Origin: Leucoraja ocellata
Lineage: Eukaryota
NCBI GenBank assembly: GCA_036785375.1
Contig: JAWMAR010000035.1
Coordinates: 10,230,001 to 10,294,000, forward strand
Direction of reading: 5' to 3'
Length of the DNA: 64,000 nucleotides
This document shows positions 63,061-64,000 of this stretch, piece after piece. The notes beneath the pieces are model-generated. The model made no database searches. It was not told the DNA's origin and saw only the letters and a program-made list of their open reading frames with translations. The first letter of the stretch is position 1. The number at the start of each line of letters is the position of its first letter. The position numbers and the translations under genes are program-made.

Positions 63061-63469
63061 GTAAGTAAAACATTAGGTCTAAACTTTTGAATTTTATTTA
63101 CCTTCATTTAGAGTAGTAAATAATTGAAGAGTTTTATATTAGCAGGCATTGAAATATTAGGTTCATAAGGCATAGGGGCAGAATTAGACCATTCGGCCCA
63201 TCAAGTCTGTTCCTGCCATTCGATCATGGCTGATCTATTTTTCCTTCTCAACCCCATTCTCCTGTATTCTCCCCTTAACCTTTGACACCCTTGGGCACTT
63301 TGCAATCCTCTACAAGGAACAATGAATTCTCTACACAAAACACAAAGTACCAGAGGAACTCGGTATTATTTATTCTCTGTATCATATTACTTCACTTAAC
63401 AATTATGCCATGATTGAAAAAAATTATTTTAAGAAGTAAACTTAACAATATATGACCACCAGGCGCGCC

Positions 63470-64000
63470 GGGGAGATGGCTGCTCTGCCGGCTGTCTGTT
63501 CGTATTTTCTTTTTTTTTGTTATTTTTTAGTGCGTTAAAAGTTTGTTTTCATGTTCTTCGGTTTGTTTTATGAGGGGGGAGGGGATCGGGGTAACTTTTT
63601 TTTCAAGCTCTTACCATCCCGGGGATGTGATCAATTTTCGGATCACATTCTCCGGGCTCTGCGGCCTACCATCGATGGAGCTGGAAGCCTCCTCGGACTG
63701 TCGTGAGCCCCACCGCGGGGCGCGGACTTAACATCAGAGCCGATCCCTTGCCTGGGATGAAATAATCCCACCGCGGTATCACCATCAAGGGCTCGCAGTC
63801 TCGGGTGAGGCCGAGTCGGGAGCTCCAACGTCGCGGAAGGTTCTTCCGGCGAGGTTCGATCGCACGGCGCGGGGGAGCTGACATCCCCCGATGCGGGAGC
63901 TTGATCACCTCAACGCTCTTGATGGCCCGAACCCTGCCGGCTACGGGGGTCAAGATCATCCCGTCAACGGGGGCTCGAGACCCACGACCGAGGAAGAACA
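63470..64000. mobile_element. GC/CpG-rich interspersed repeat, unclassified, runs off window end
   Basis: Abrupt CpG-rich block in an AT-rich intron with no credible ORF. Confidence 0.4.

Overview
Eukaryotic (vertebrate) genomic DNA, most likely from a cartilaginous fish (HE1/V-SINE-type tRNA-derived SINEs and abundant CR1, Rex1 and Penelope repeats; probably a skate or ray). Two host genes sit head-to-head around a CpG island at ~48.6-49.4 kb. DCAF17 is on the minus strand with all 14 coding exons recoverable (GT-AG boundaries, consistent phase, ~536 aa, 44788->7226). The 5' part of METTL8 is on the plus strand (4 coding exons, 55704->63060, continuing beyond the window). The shared promoter carries four ACTACAnnTCCC (ZNF143/THAP11-type) motifs. 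Introns are packed with nested transposable elements: young and old CR1 LINEs, Rex1/Babar, a HERO-type fragment, Penelope-like elements, a full-length but decayed CsRn1-type Gypsy LTR element, a teleost-like Tc1, and hAT and Harbinger MITEs. The most intriguing signal is a dispersed family of ~100-130 nt Penelope-derived units carrying a minimal hammerhead-ribozyme core (CTGAAGA-A-stem-GAAAC-GTH). Some copies have their own target-site duplications or form head-to-head palindromes. No prokaryotic systems, CRISPR arrays, rRNA or true tRNA genes were seen. All family assignments come from motif recognition, not database searches, and TE boundaries without a stated TSD/TIR are approximate.
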